A stretch of DNA of 64,000 nucleotides from assembly GCA_937966555.1 (NCBI GenBank), contig CALCLY010000027.1, positions 14,620 through 78,619 of the forward strand, in the 5' to 3' direction. This document shows, one piece after another, positions 7,465 through 16,152 of this stretch (the first letter of the stretch is position 1; every line of letters begins with the position of its first letter). Made by a program: the position numbers and the translations under genes. Origin of the DNA: an uncultured Clostridia bacterium (GTDB lineage: Bacteria > Bacillota > Clostridia > UMGS1883 > UMGS1540). Below the pieces are notes generated by a model, which saw only the letters and a program-made list of their open reading frames with translations, made no database searches and was not told the origin of the DNA.

Positions 7465-8835
7465 TTATAATACCACGCCGTCCTTAAATATCGATATCTC
7501 CTTGTATCCGTTTACCTCGTTTTTTGTCTCCTTACCGGACGCGACGGATATTACAAAATCGAAAAAGTCATCGTCCCGGTCCGCACCTTCAAGCACGGGC
7601 GAGGAGTCATAATCTATCCAGCCTTTTTTTCTGTCGGCAAGAACCTTGTTTGTGGATATCTTCACCGTGGGTACGGGAGCGCCGAGAGGAGTTCCCCTGC
7701 CGGTTGTGAAAAGAATCATATGCACTCCGGCGGCAGTTAAATTCGTGATTGCGACAATGTCGTTTCCGGGGCCGTTTAAAAGCGACAGACCGTTTTCCGT
7801 AACCCTGTCTCCGTAATCCAGAACAGCCGTCACTTCGCCTTTTCCGCCTTTCTGTATACATCCCGTGGATTTTTCCTCAAGGGTTGTGATTCCGCCTTCT
7901 TTATTTCCGGGCGATGGGTTCTCGTAAACCACCTGTCCGTGAGACGTGAAATAATCCTTGAAATTGTTTATAAGCTTTACGGTGTCGTCAAAAACGGCTT
8001 TGGATTTGCAGCGCTCCATAAGAAAATGCTCCGCTCCGAACATTTCGGGCACCTCCGTCAGCACACATGCGCCGCCGAAAGAAATCATCTTATCGGAAAA
8101 TCTGCCGACAAGCGGATTTGCGCTTATGCCGGAAAAGCCGTCGCTTCCGCCGCATTTAAGACCTATCTTAAGCTTTGATACGGGCACGGGCTCTCTTTTA
8201 AACGTATCGGCATATGCCTGAAGTTCCTTTATAATCTTTGTGCCTTCCGCTATTTCGTCCCCGCAGTCCTGGCAGTTTAAAAACCTGATGCGCTTTTCGT
8301 CGTAATCGCCGAGAACCTTTTTAAATTCGGCAATATTGTTATTTTCGCAGCCGAGACCCAAAACCAGCACACCTGCGGCATTCGGATTCATGCAGAGGCC
8401 TCGCAGCACAAGCTGCGTTGTTTTATGGTCGCCGCAAAGCTGCGAGCAGCCGAAAGGATGCGGAAAAGAATATGCTCCCGTAAGAGACGCAAGCTTTTCG
8501 GCAGTCTTATTTACACAGCCGACGGTATTTATTATCCATACCTCGTTTCTTATTCCGACTTCTCCGTTTCCGCGCACGTATCCCATGAAAGTTTTGTCCG
8601 TGTGAACACGTTCTATGGGTTCGTTCTTCGGGCAATATGTGTATTCCAGATTGCCCGAAAGATTCGTTTTCATGTTATGCGTGTGAACATGCTCGCCCTT
8701 TTTTATGTCACATACGGCGTGACCTATGGGGTTGCCGTATTTTATTATGTTTTCGCCCTTTTTTATATCGCAGAGCGCATATTTATGCCCGTTTTGAAGG
8801 TTAACCTCGACATTGTCAAGTACATTAATTCTCAT
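7465..8835 (-). CDS. uxaA: altronate dehydratase (UxaA family)
   Basis: N-terminal SAF-domain pattern LDNVEV...GHKYALCDIKKGENIIKYGNPIGHAV.DIKKGEHVHTHN, as in UxaA. 456 aa. Confidence 0.9.
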   Translation of the reverse strand: MRINVLDNVEVNLQNGHKYALCDIKKGENIIKYGNPIGHAVCDIKKGEHVHTHNMKTNLSGNLEYTYCPKNEPIERVHTDKTFMGYVRGNGEVGIRNEVWIINTVGCVNKTAEKLASLTGAYSFPHPFGCSQLCGDHKTTQLVLRGLCMNPNAAGVLVLGLGCENNNIAEFKKVLGDYDEKRIRFLNCQDCGDEIAEGTKIIKELQAYADTFKREPVPVSKLKIGLKCGGSDGFSGISANPLVGRFSDKMISFGGACVLTEVPEMFGAEHFLMERCKSKAVFDDTVKLINNFKDYFTSHGQVVYENPSPGNKEGGITTLEEKSTGCIQKGGKGEVTAVLDYGDRVTENGLSLLNGPGNDIVAITNLTAAGVHMILFTTGRGTPLGAPVPTVKISTNKVLADRKKGWIDYDSSPVLEGADRDDDFFDFVISVASGKETKNEVNGYKEISIFKDGVVL

Positions 8836-10093
8836 ATTTTGAAACCTCGTCGTAAAGGAAGCTTAAATCCTCGTCCCAGAAATCCTTGTTTGCCAGTATC
8901 TCGCGAAGGCTCTTTTCCTTCATAAACTTCATAACGTCCTCAGCGTCGTTGGGAGTTCCCTTTTTGTAAAACTCAACAAGCTTTGCAAATGAGAAAAGCA
9001 GCGTCTCCGGCATTTTATTGTATCTTTTTATATATTCAAGTATCGAAGGCAGCACGCGAACCTTAAATTTGCTTACGCTGTTTAACGCAATCGAGGAAAG
9101 GTAATGCCTGATGTACGGATTTGCAAATCTTTCGATAACGCTGTCTGCGTATTCCACAAGTTCACCGTGCGGCAAATCAAGCGTGGGGATAATCTCATCG
9201 TAAACGCATTTTTTGATGTACGCGAGCATTTTGGGGTCATCTATGCAGCTTTTTACAGTGTCGAATCCCGAAAGAAGCGCATAGGGCACAAGAGATGTGT
9301 GAGCGCCGTTTAATATTCTTACTTTTCTTGTTCTGTACATTTCGAGATTGTCGCAGATTATTACGTTAAGACCCGCTTTTTCAAACGGCAGATCCGTCAG
9401 AGCCTCCTTGGGGCCTTCTATTACCCAAAGGTGGAAATACTCCGATGTGTTGAGCATTTTATCTTCATAGCCGAGGTCGATTTTCTCGTCTTTGGGGTAT
9501 CCGGTGTTGATTCTGTCAACAAGCGTTGAGCAGAAAACATTTTTTTCGCCTACCCAGTCGATAAAGTCCCGGCAGAGATTCCACTCTGCGGCATATCTCA
9601 AAACGATTTCCTTAAGTTTTTTGCCGTTTTTGTCGATAAGTTCACAGGGAAGGAAAACAAATCCGTCAAGTCCGAGCGTAAATCTCTTGTAAAGCAGCGC
9701 GCAAACCTTTGCCGGGAACGATGCCGGCGGACAGTCGGTTGCTTTGTCACCCTCGTGATACGCAATGCCCGATTCCGTTGTGTTTGAAATAACAAATTTA
9801 AAATCGGGGTTTTCCGCAAGCGCCAAAAACGCGTCATAGTCGTCATAAGGCTTAACGCAGCGGACAATGGAGTCTACCTTTGTTATTTCAACGCCCTCCG
9901 TTCCGCGGATGATATGCGTGTATTTGCAGCCCTGCGCCGTGAGCATGTCGCACATTCCGCGCTCTATGGGCTGTACCGCAACAACACCGTAATTTGTAAG
10001 ACCCTTATCATTCATTTTCTGTATCATCCAGTCTGCAAAGCCGCGCAGGAAGCCGCCCTCGCCAAACTGTATTATTTTTTCTGTTCTTGACAT
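8825..10093 (-). CDS. uxaB: tagaturonate reductase / altronate oxidoreductase (mannitol dehydrogenase family)
   Basis: KIIQFGEGGFLRGFADWMIQ N-terminus as in UxaB. Start trimmed to ATG 10093, which has AAGAGGAGG upstream. The 3' end overlaps the uxaA start. Confidence 0.85.
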   Translation of the reverse strand: MSRTEKIIQFGEGGFLRGFADWMIQKMNDKGLTNYGVVAVQPIERGMCDMLTAQGCKYTHIIRGTEGVEITKVDSIVRCVKPYDDYDAFLALAENPDFKFVISNTTESGIAYHEGDKATDCPPASFPAKVCALLYKRFTLGLDGFVFLPCELIDKNGKKLKEIVLRYAAEWNLCRDFIDWVGEKNVFCSTLVDRINTGYPKDEKIDLGYEDKMLNTSEYFHLWVIEGPKEALTDLPFEKAGLNVIICDNLEMYRTRKVRILNGAHTSLVPYALLSGFDTVKSCIDDPKMLAYIKKCVYDEIIPTLDLPHGELVEYADSVIERFANPYIRHYLSSIALNSVSKFKVRVLPSILEYIKRYNKMPETLLFSFAKLVEFYKKGTPNDAEDVMKFMKEKSLREILANKDFWDEDLSFLYDEVSKYEN

Positions 10094-10244
10094 ATTTGTT
10101 CCTCCTCTTTTTCTTTTTATATTACTGTTATTGTACCGCAATTTTATAGTGTTTTCCTTTAATATATTATCATATTGAATGAAAATCTTTAATTTTTTGT
10201 TGTATTTTGTTTTGAAATGTGATATTATTGTTTCGGTGATTTAT

Positions 10245-11045
10245 ATGACTGTATTTACAGACGAAAAAATAGAGCTTTTCGACAGGCAGAAAAGAGACGC
10301 GTCTTATATAATGGACCAGGCGCACTACCACAGCAAAAACGAGCTTTATTTTTCAAAAAAAGGAAAAACAAAATATTTTATAGGTGACGAAATATTTATT
10401 CTTGAACCGGGAGACATGATTTTTGTCCCGGCAGGCTCTTTTCACAAGACGGACTGCGGCGTAAGAGAGAGAATCCTTCTTGTTTTTGACAATGATTTTT
10501 TGGGCGGCAGCTATCAAAAGTACATAGAAAGCCTCTCAAAAGACAAGCTTATAAGAATACGCCCCGACAAGCTTTCGGAGATTAACGGGATTTTCAATAA
10601 AATCGAGAAAGAAGGCATGAACAAGCAGGAGGATTACCTGGAACTCGAAAAGCTGTATCTGCGACAGCTTCTTATTCTTGTCTCGCGGTACAGACTTCAA
10701 AATGTTTCGTCCGAGCTGAGCGAAATTTACAGTATTATCCAAAATGTTGTAAAGTATATAAATGAAAATTACAGCTCCGATTTAAGTCTCCCGTATCTGG
10801 CGCACAAATACGGAATGAGTCCCGGTTATCTTTCAAGGCAGTTTAAATCCGTTACGGGCGTGGGACTTAACGAATATATAAACATTTCCAAGGTGACGGC
10901 CGCCGCAAAACTTCTTTCGGAATCGAATTTGTCCGTAACAAAAGTGTCCGAGCTTTGCGGGTATAATGACAGCAATTATTTTTCAACCGTTTTTAAAAAA
11001 TATATGGGCACAACGCCGAAAAAATATTCCGCGGAAAAGGCGTGA
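10245..11045 (+). CDS. AraC-family transcriptional regulator (cupin + HTH), divergent from uxaBA
   Basis: The C-terminal pattern LSLPYLAHKYGMSPGYLSRQFK...GYNDSNYFSTVFKKYMGTTPKKY is the AraC-type HTH pair. The start is uncertain (10179 or 10245). Confidence 0.85.
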   Translation: MTVFTDEKIELFDRQKRDASYIMDQAHYHSKNELYFSKKGKTKYFIGDEIFILEPGDMIFVPAGSFHKTDCGVRERILLVFDNDFLGGSYQKYIESLSKDKLIRIRPDKLSEINGIFNKIEKEGMNKQEDYLELEKLYLRQLLILVSRYRLQNVSSELSEIYSIIQNVVKYINENYSSDLSLPYLAHKYGMSPGYLSRQFKSVTGVGLNEYINISKVTAAAKLLSESNLSVTKVSELCGYNDSNYFSTVFKKYMGTTPKKYSAEKA

Positions 11046-11059
11046 AAAAGTAAAAACGG

Positions 11060-11136
11060 GAAGCGGAACACAAAACGGGCGACCACTGGGGGTCGCCCCT
11101 ACGGTACATTGTTGAAAGCGAACAAGCGTGAGCGAC
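11060..11136. repeat. REP/BIME-like repeat
   Basis: REP core 11076-11102 (minus orientation, loop actggggg) followed by gaaagcgaacaagcgtgagcgac. Confidence 0.85.
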
Positions 11137-11176
11137 AAAAAAGCCGCTGCAAAGGGGACTTATGCAGCAGCTTTTT
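11137..11176. terminator. bidirectional terminator-like hairpin between the convergent AraC and DegT genes
   Basis: AAAAAAGCCGCTGCA...TGCAGCAGCTTTTT, an imperfect stem flanked by an A-run and a T-run. Confidence 0.5.
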
Positions 11177-11200
11177 ACCGGATATTAGATTGTTGTCATA

Positions 11201-12508
11201 TTATTTGTTCTGCATTTCGGAAATAACTTCCAAAATAGCGTCAGCCATGTATTTAAGCTGTTCGTCCGTAAGGTCGTAAATCGGGAGATGCGTAAATCTC
11301 TTGTTGAACACTTCCTCCGTTACGGGGCAGGATTTTGCAATAGCGTCCCTGTCGTAACCCATCTGCTTTATAATGTTGAACTTGTAAAGCGGACCGAAAT
11401 GCGGAATGTTTGTAACGCCCTTCGCCGTAAGTCTTTCTTTAAATTCCTGAACGTCACCGCCGGCAAGCTCGGGAACTATCTCGAGGAGATAGAGGTGGAA
11501 AGTGGGAACAATATCGTCATTTCCGAGATCCTGCGGAACAATTGCGGGATTGCCGGAAAGTCTCTTTGTCATGTACTCTGCGCTGCGGCGTCTCTCAGCC
11601 AGAATCTTGTCATATCTCTTAAGCTGAAGCGAAAGACCGAGACCCTGAATCTCCGTTGTGGAGCAGTTGTTGCTTGCAACAAAAGGAGCGTTTTTGCCCT
11701 CAATCGCAGTGATATCGTAAAGCCAGTTCTCAATGGCGCGGCTCTGGTCCATACCGAGGAAGCGCGCGCGCTTCATTTCGCTGCGGAATTCGGGAATCTG
11801 TGTTGTTAAAATACCGCCCTCGCCGAACGATGTGCAGTTTTTAACCTCGTGAAAGCTGTAAGAGCCGAAATGACCTATTGTGCCGAGCTTTTTACCCTTG
11901 TATTCGCCGCCGAAGCCGTGAGCCGCGTCCTCAAGCACTATAATATCGTGCTTTTTCGCAAGCTCCATAATCGGGTCCATATCCACAGGGTATCCGCCTA
12001 TATGTACGGGCACAATCATTTTTGTTTTAGAGGTGATTTTGCGCTCAACATCCTTGGGGTCCATATTAAGCGTTTTCGGGTCAACATCCGCAAAAACGAG
12101 CTTTGCGCCCACGGAAAGAGGATATGCCATTGTTGCGATAAACGTAATGGAAGGCACGATTACCTCGTCTCCCTCCTTGAGATTTGCATATTTATACGCA
12201 ATCTCAAAGCCTGCCGTCGCATTTGTGACAAAAAGGCTTCCGGGCACGCCGAGATACTCGTCGCACGCCTTTTCCGCCTCCTCAACCTTTGCCGCGAGGG
12301 AAAGCTTTCCGGGAGGCGTTGCGATTTCGCCGAGCTTATCTATCTGCTTGTTTACAGCCTCAATTATCTCGTCGTATTCCTTTCCGCTGCCCTGCATGAG
12401 GAATTTTACAATTGCCTTTAAATCCTCCGCGTTATAGTTTTCGCCGACTGCCGCCCACGGCACCTTTGCGGCGCCCGTATTGTACCTGAAATCGGTGGTT
12501 TCTGCCAT
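11201..12508 (-). CDS. DegT/DnrJ/EryC1/StrS-family PLP-dependent aminotransferase
   Basis: VIVPSITFIATMAYPLSVGAKLVFADVD and SFHEVKNCTSFGEGG (PLP lysine) blocks. 435 aa. Confidence 0.85.
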   Translation of the reverse strand: MAETTDFRYNTGAAKVPWAAVGENYNAEDLKAIVKFLMQGSGKEYDEIIEAVNKQIDKLGEIATPPGKLSLAAKVEEAEKACDEYLGVPGSLFVTNATAGFEIAYKYANLKEGDEVIVPSITFIATMAYPLSVGAKLVFADVDPKTLNMDPKDVERKITSKTKMIVPVHIGGYPVDMDPIMELAKKHDIIVLEDAAHGFGGEYKGKKLGTIGHFGSYSFHEVKNCTSFGEGGILTTQIPEFRSEMKRARFLGMDQSRAIENWLYDITAIEGKNAPFVASNNCSTTEIQGLGLSLQLKRYDKILAERRRSAEYMTKRLSGNPAIVPQDLGNDDIVPTFHLYLLEIVPELAGGDVQEFKERLTAKGVTNIPHFGPLYKFNIIKQMGYDRDAIAKSCPVTEEVFNKRFTHLPIYDLTDEQLKYMADAILEVISEMQNK

Positions 12509-12573
12509 TTCCTTTTTCCTCCTTATTATAGATATTATATTAATTTAATGCTTGTATAAATTAATTATAAAAT

Positions 12574-12601
12574 AAAAAGCCCGACTTGTCAAGGCTTTTT
12601 A
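12574..12601 (-). terminator. terminator-like hairpin after mgsA
   Basis: AAAAAGCC cgacttgtcaa GGCTTTTT. Confidence 0.5.
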
Positions 12602-12626
12602 TTTAATGAATAAAAAAATATATTAA

Positions 12627-13031
12627 TTATCTTTTGGGGTTTATAATGTCTCTCCAGTCGAGGTCCCCGCGTTCTATGCCCATAATGAGAATTTCCGCCG
12701 AGGCAATGTTTGTTGCCAGCGGGATATTATGTACATCGCAAAGGCGCATAATCGTTGTTATCTCCGGCTCGTGCGGCTGCTTTGTAAGAGGGTCTCTGAA
12801 AAAGAGAACCGCGTCTATTTCGTTATAGGCAAGTCTTGCCCCTATCTGCTGATCGCCGCCCTGCGGACCCGAGAGAAATTTATAAACATACAAACCCGTC
12901 GCTTCTTCAACAAGATTACCCGTTGTGGCGGTTGCACATAGGTTATGCTTCATCAATATTCCTTTGTATGCAATGCAGAACTGAATCATGAGTTCTTTCT
13001 TTTTGTCGTGTGCAATCAATGCAATGTTCAT
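12627..13031 (-). CDS. mgsA: methylglyoxal synthase
   Basis: [12 protein letters not shown]...ATTGN...[11 protein letters not shown]...FFRDPL..QPHEPE is the MgsA signature. Start trimmed to ATG 13031, which has GGAG upstream. Confidence 0.92.
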   Translation of the reverse strand: MNIALIAHDKKKELMIQFCIAYKGILMKHNLCATATTGNLVEEATGLYVYKFLSGPQGGDQQIGARLAYNEIDAVLFFRDPLTKQPHEPEITTIMRLCDVHNIPLATNIASAEILIMGIERGDLDWRDIINPKR

Positions 13032-13137
13032 TATAAATCTCCATTCCGCCGTAAACGCAAAATCGTCTACTTGCATTAGTGTTAAAAGAGTGAATTTCAA
13101 AGCGCAATTTGCACGCTTATTTCTCCGCTTTAAGAAT

Positions 13138-13166
13138 ATTATACTACAAAACAAAATGTTTGACAA
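13138..13166 (-). promoter_or_regulatory. sigma-A type promoter for mgsA
   Basis: On the minus strand: TTGTCA (13166-13161), 17 nt, TATAAT (13143-13138). Confidence 0.55.
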
Positions 13167-13270
13167 GTATTTTTATACATAATAATTGAAAATTAATGAT
13201 TTTTTTACAATTTGCCGAGTTTCGACACAATTTTTTTACCAATTTGTCATACAATAATAGCGATTAACTA

Positions 13271-13299
13271 TTGCAATATACAAAAATTCATGATATAAT
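13271..13299 (+). promoter_or_regulatory. strong sigma-A promoter with extended -10
   Basis: TTGCAA (13271-13276), 17-nt spacer ending in TGa, TATAAT (13294-13299). Confidence 0.7.
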
Positions 13300-13305
13300 A
13301 TAGTA

Positions 13306-13487
13306 GCCAAATAAAAATTCAAATAGTTAATCACACTCGGAGAGTGTTTCTTTTATATCGGAAAAATACATACGCTCTGTTCTTCTGAATCACTTTCTTG
13401 CGGTGTTTTTTGAATTTTTGTTTGGCGACAAATTCGGAGCGATGTGTTTTTAATGCGTCCGCTGCCGCGGGCGCATTTTATATTTCC
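13306..13487 (+). ncRNA. candidate structured small RNA or cis-regulatory leader upstream of the LytTR regulator gene
   Basis: Begins about 7 nt after the -10 box. The 18-nt arm GCCAAATAAAAATTCAAA (13306-13323) pairs with TTTGAATTTTTGTTTGGC (13409-13426), with 17 Watson-Crick pairs plus one G-U. An inner hairpin ACACTCggaGAGTGT is present. An 11-bp terminator stem AATGCGTCCGC tgcc GCGGGCGCATT (13452-13477) is followed by a T-rich tail. I cannot assign a known RNA family. Confidence 0.35.
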
Positions 13488-13531
13488 CTCCGAACGTACT
13501 TAAAAGATTCAATCATCGGAGGTTTTTTTCT

Positions 13532-14239
13532 ATGAAAGTATGTTTTTTCGACGATTCCGCCGAAGGAATAAAAACAATACGCGCTTACTGCGATTCCCAC
13601 TGCCGCGAAAATATATCTTACAGCTTAAATCCAGACCTGACGGACTTTTTTCGTGATCTCGGCTCGTGTGGCATATCTCTTATATTTCTCGATACACGCG
13701 TCGTGCGTGGCAGCCTCGGCAGCTTTGAACTTGCCAAAAAAATACGCGAAGCAAGCTTCTGCGTTCATATTGTGTTTATGTCGGCATATTATGAAGATAT
13801 GCCGTTCTGCTTTCAGAATCTTATACGCCCCTCGGGCTTTCTTCTGAAAAATTCAACAGCAAACGATATTGATTCCATTTTAAACGCCGTGACTGCGGCG
13901 GACTCCGTCCCGGAAACCTCTGCCGTCAAAATAAGCGTGCGCGCCGGCGGCGAACAGTTTTCTTTTTCTACGGATGAAATAATGTATTTCACCACCATCG
14001 GCAAAAAGCTTGCCTTAAAAACCTCCGACTGCCAGACCGTGGAGTTTTACGGCACGCTCAAAGATATAGAATCCAAGTATTCCGAATACTTTTTAAGATG
14101 CCACAGCGGTTTTCTTGTCAACAAAAAATACATACGCCGCTTTTCGAAAAGCTCGATAAAGCTGAAAAACAGCGCCGAAGAGCTGCCCGTTTCGAAGAAA
14201 TATGTTAAAAACGTCACAAATTTTGCACATTTGTCTTAA
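13532..14239 (+). CDS. LytTR-family response regulator (receiver + LytTR DNA-binding domain), no adjacent kinase
   Basis: Receiver acidic residues (FFDDS, LIFLDTR) and conserved K (FLLKN). The C-terminal region IMYFTTIGKKLALKT...YGTLKDIE....FLRCHSGFLVNKKYI is LytTR-like. Confidence 0.85.
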   Translation: MKVCFFDDSAEGIKTIRAYCDSHCRENISYSLNPDLTDFFRDLGSCGISLIFLDTRVVRGSLGSFELAKKIREASFCVHIVFMSAYYEDMPFCFQNLIRPSGFLLKNSTANDIDSILNAVTAADSVPETSAVKISVRAGGEQFSFSTDEIMYFTTIGKKLALKTSDCQTVEFYGTLKDIESKYSEYFLRCHSGFLVNKKYIRRFSKSSIKLKNSAEELPVSKKYVKNVTNFAHLS

Positions 14240-14305
14240 TTTTATTTCCGTTTATCGGATATAAAGTCAATTTATCCTAAAAAAACATTTATTTGTCAGA
14301 AAATC

Positions 14306-14334
14306 TTGAAAACATCATGGTGAATTATTATAAT
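14306..14334 (+). promoter_or_regulatory. sigma-A promoter for the 451-aa secreted protein gene
   Basis: TTGAAA (14306-14311), 17 nt, TATAAT (14329-14334). Confidence 0.65.
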
Positions 14335-14410
14335 ACTAATAGGCACACAGATGTAGCGACAGGCTTTTTTGACCTGTCCTCAAACAAATTATAAAAGGAG
14401 AATATGTTTT

Positions 14411-15766
14411 ATGGAGAGAAAAACAAAGAAAACATTGGCGGTTATTGCCGCTGCCGTAATGTGTACGGCATCCGTAAGCGTTTCCGCCGCAGAGTGGAGA
14501 CTTTCCGGATATGAAACATCAAACGAAGGTCTCGGACCTTTCTATCAGCAGTCGGCTCTTATTTATCAGGAGTTTGACGGCAACGGTTTTGCAACAGGCA
14601 GAACGGTTTCCGGCTGGGAAGCCCAGGAAGAGGGTCTTAAAGGCTACGGCAAAGTAGAATTTAAAAACCCCTGGGTTGACATCACATACCCCAACAAAGA
14701 GTATGCTCAGATGTATGTTGACAACGACTATTCCGGCAGAGTGTTCTTCACCGGCAGACAGGGCAAAGACGTTGTAGAGTACAGAGACAGCCTCTTTATG
14801 TGGGAGCTTTCCGCACCGCACAAGGCTTACACAAGAACACAGGCAAGATTTGCAAGCGGCTGGTACACAGACGAGAGCTATCCCGTAAATTACTCGGGCA
14901 CAAACGCTCTTGTTAAAGCTACAAGACCTTACTACGGCTTCGGCGATTACAAGGTAACGGGCAAGAACAGCGTTTCGCTCGTTCCCGCAGCTTTGAAATC
15001 ATACCGCGACGCACAGTATGCTTCCGTTTCCGGCGGCCTCACAATTGACGACATTAACCCGCACTACAATGTTGTCGCTTACGACGTTACGGGACTTGAC
15101 ATAAAGATTCCGAGACTTTTCGATCTCAGACTTGAAGGTCCTACATACAATTTTGACGGCACAGTTGCAAAACCCTTCGGTCTCGTGAAGGTTGCTTCCG
15201 ATTCCGCTGACTGGGAATTGCCCAACTACGCTGTTGCAAACCTTCTCACAACAATGAACGACACACTTTCCGGCGCGCTCAACTATGCTGACATCACATG
15301 GACAGCAGGCGGCTTCGAAGTTGCTCCTCCGCACAGAACATACCAGTTTATGACTGTTGACGGCATTGTTATGGACGGTTCCGCTATCCCGGGAACATAC
15401 CCGACTCTCTACAAGCCCTACATCTACAGATACGTTGGCAATGCTAACCCTGAGATCACATGGACTCCCGAGAGAGTAAACCAGGATGGTCAGGTTATCC
15501 TCAGAAGATTTGTAAACGGCACAAAAGATACAAACGATATCACAGGTCTTAAAGACAGCGGTATCTACAGCAATCCTCAGTACGTTGAGGTTGTAGATTC
15601 CAAAACAGCTTCCAAGTACCTCACAGCCGTATACAAATTCATATACAACGGCAAGGAATACTGCCTCGATTCACAGGGCAACAGATTTGTTGTTGACTGG
15701 AGCATCGACTGCGCAACAAAAGTATTCGACGGTTCGACATATCTTTCACCCTACATTGCTAAATAA
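14411..15766 (+). CDS. secreted protein of unknown function (signal peptide, aromatic-rich)
   Basis: Start trimmed to MERKTKKTLAVIAAAVMCTASVSVSAAEW, with AAAGGAG upstream. I recognise no domain. Bracketed by a strong promoter and a strong terminator. Confidence 0.8.
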   Translation: MERKTKKTLAVIAAAVMCTASVSVSAAEWRLSGYETSNEGLGPFYQQSALIYQEFDGNGFATGRTVSGWEAQEEGLKGYGKVEFKNPWVDITYPNKEYAQMYVDNDYSGRVFFTGRQGKDVVEYRDSLFMWELSAPHKAYTRTQARFASGWYTDESYPVNYSGTNALVKATRPYYGFGDYKVTGKNSVSLVPAALKSYRDAQYASVSGGLTIDDINPHYNVVAYDVTGLDIKIPRLFDLRLEGPTYNFDGTVAKPFGLVKVASDSADWELPNYAVANLLTTMNDTLSGALNYADITWTAGGFEVAPPHRTYQFMTVDGIVMDGSAIPGTYPTLYKPYIYRYVGNANPEITWTPERVNQDGQVILRRFVNGTKDTNDITGLKDSGIYSNPQYVEVVDSKTASKYLTAVYKFIYNGKEYCLDSQGNRFVVDWSIDCATKVFDGSTYLSPYIAK

Positions 15767-15802
15767 CTTAATTTAAATACATGTGTGCTGTATGCCAAAA
15801 AA

Positions 15803-15848
15803 GGGCTGCCGCGGTGATTTTGTTCACAGCGGCAGCCCCGCTTTTTTA
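15803..15848 (+). terminator. intrinsic terminator
   Basis: GGGCTGCCGC (15803-15812) pairs with GCGGCAGCCC (15829-15838), followed by a T6 run. Confidence 0.7.
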
Positions 15849-15850
15849 TT

Positions 15851-16030
15851 GTCGCTCACGCTTATTCGCTCTCAACAATGTACCGTAGGGGCGACCCTGT
15901 GTGGTCGCCCGTGCTTACATTCGGCGCTTCGCTTACGAAACGGCAAGTCGTTTCTACCCTCATATCGTCGGAACGAAGCGCAGCTTGTTCCGACGCCGTA
16001 GGGGCGCCCCCCAGTGGTCGCCCGTTTATT
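15851..16030. repeat. mosaic REP/BIME-like repeat cluster
   Basis: REP cores 15885-15911 and 15998-16024 (both plus orientation). A third stem variant of the cassette occurs here (cttacGAAACGgcaagtCGTTTCtaccctcata), together with the gaacgaagcgcagcttgttcc module. Confidence 0.9.
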
Positions 16031-16152
16031 TTCCTCAAACCACACGGGCAGCTCATATCTATTAAAATGTTCATTTTCAAATTCTAATTTACAAAACGGC
16101 ATTTTTATGATATATTATATAGGAAAAAACTAAACTGTAAAGGAGACTTCAC

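Noticed and set aside
13306-13426. Structured region considered as 6S RNA or a known riboswitch (c-di-GMP, T-box, SAM and others)
   Set aside because: The enclosed segment (85 nt) is too short and lacks the extended imperfect duplex and central bubble of 6S RNA. No conserved core motif of a riboswitch class I know is present. It is reported as an unclassified candidate instead.
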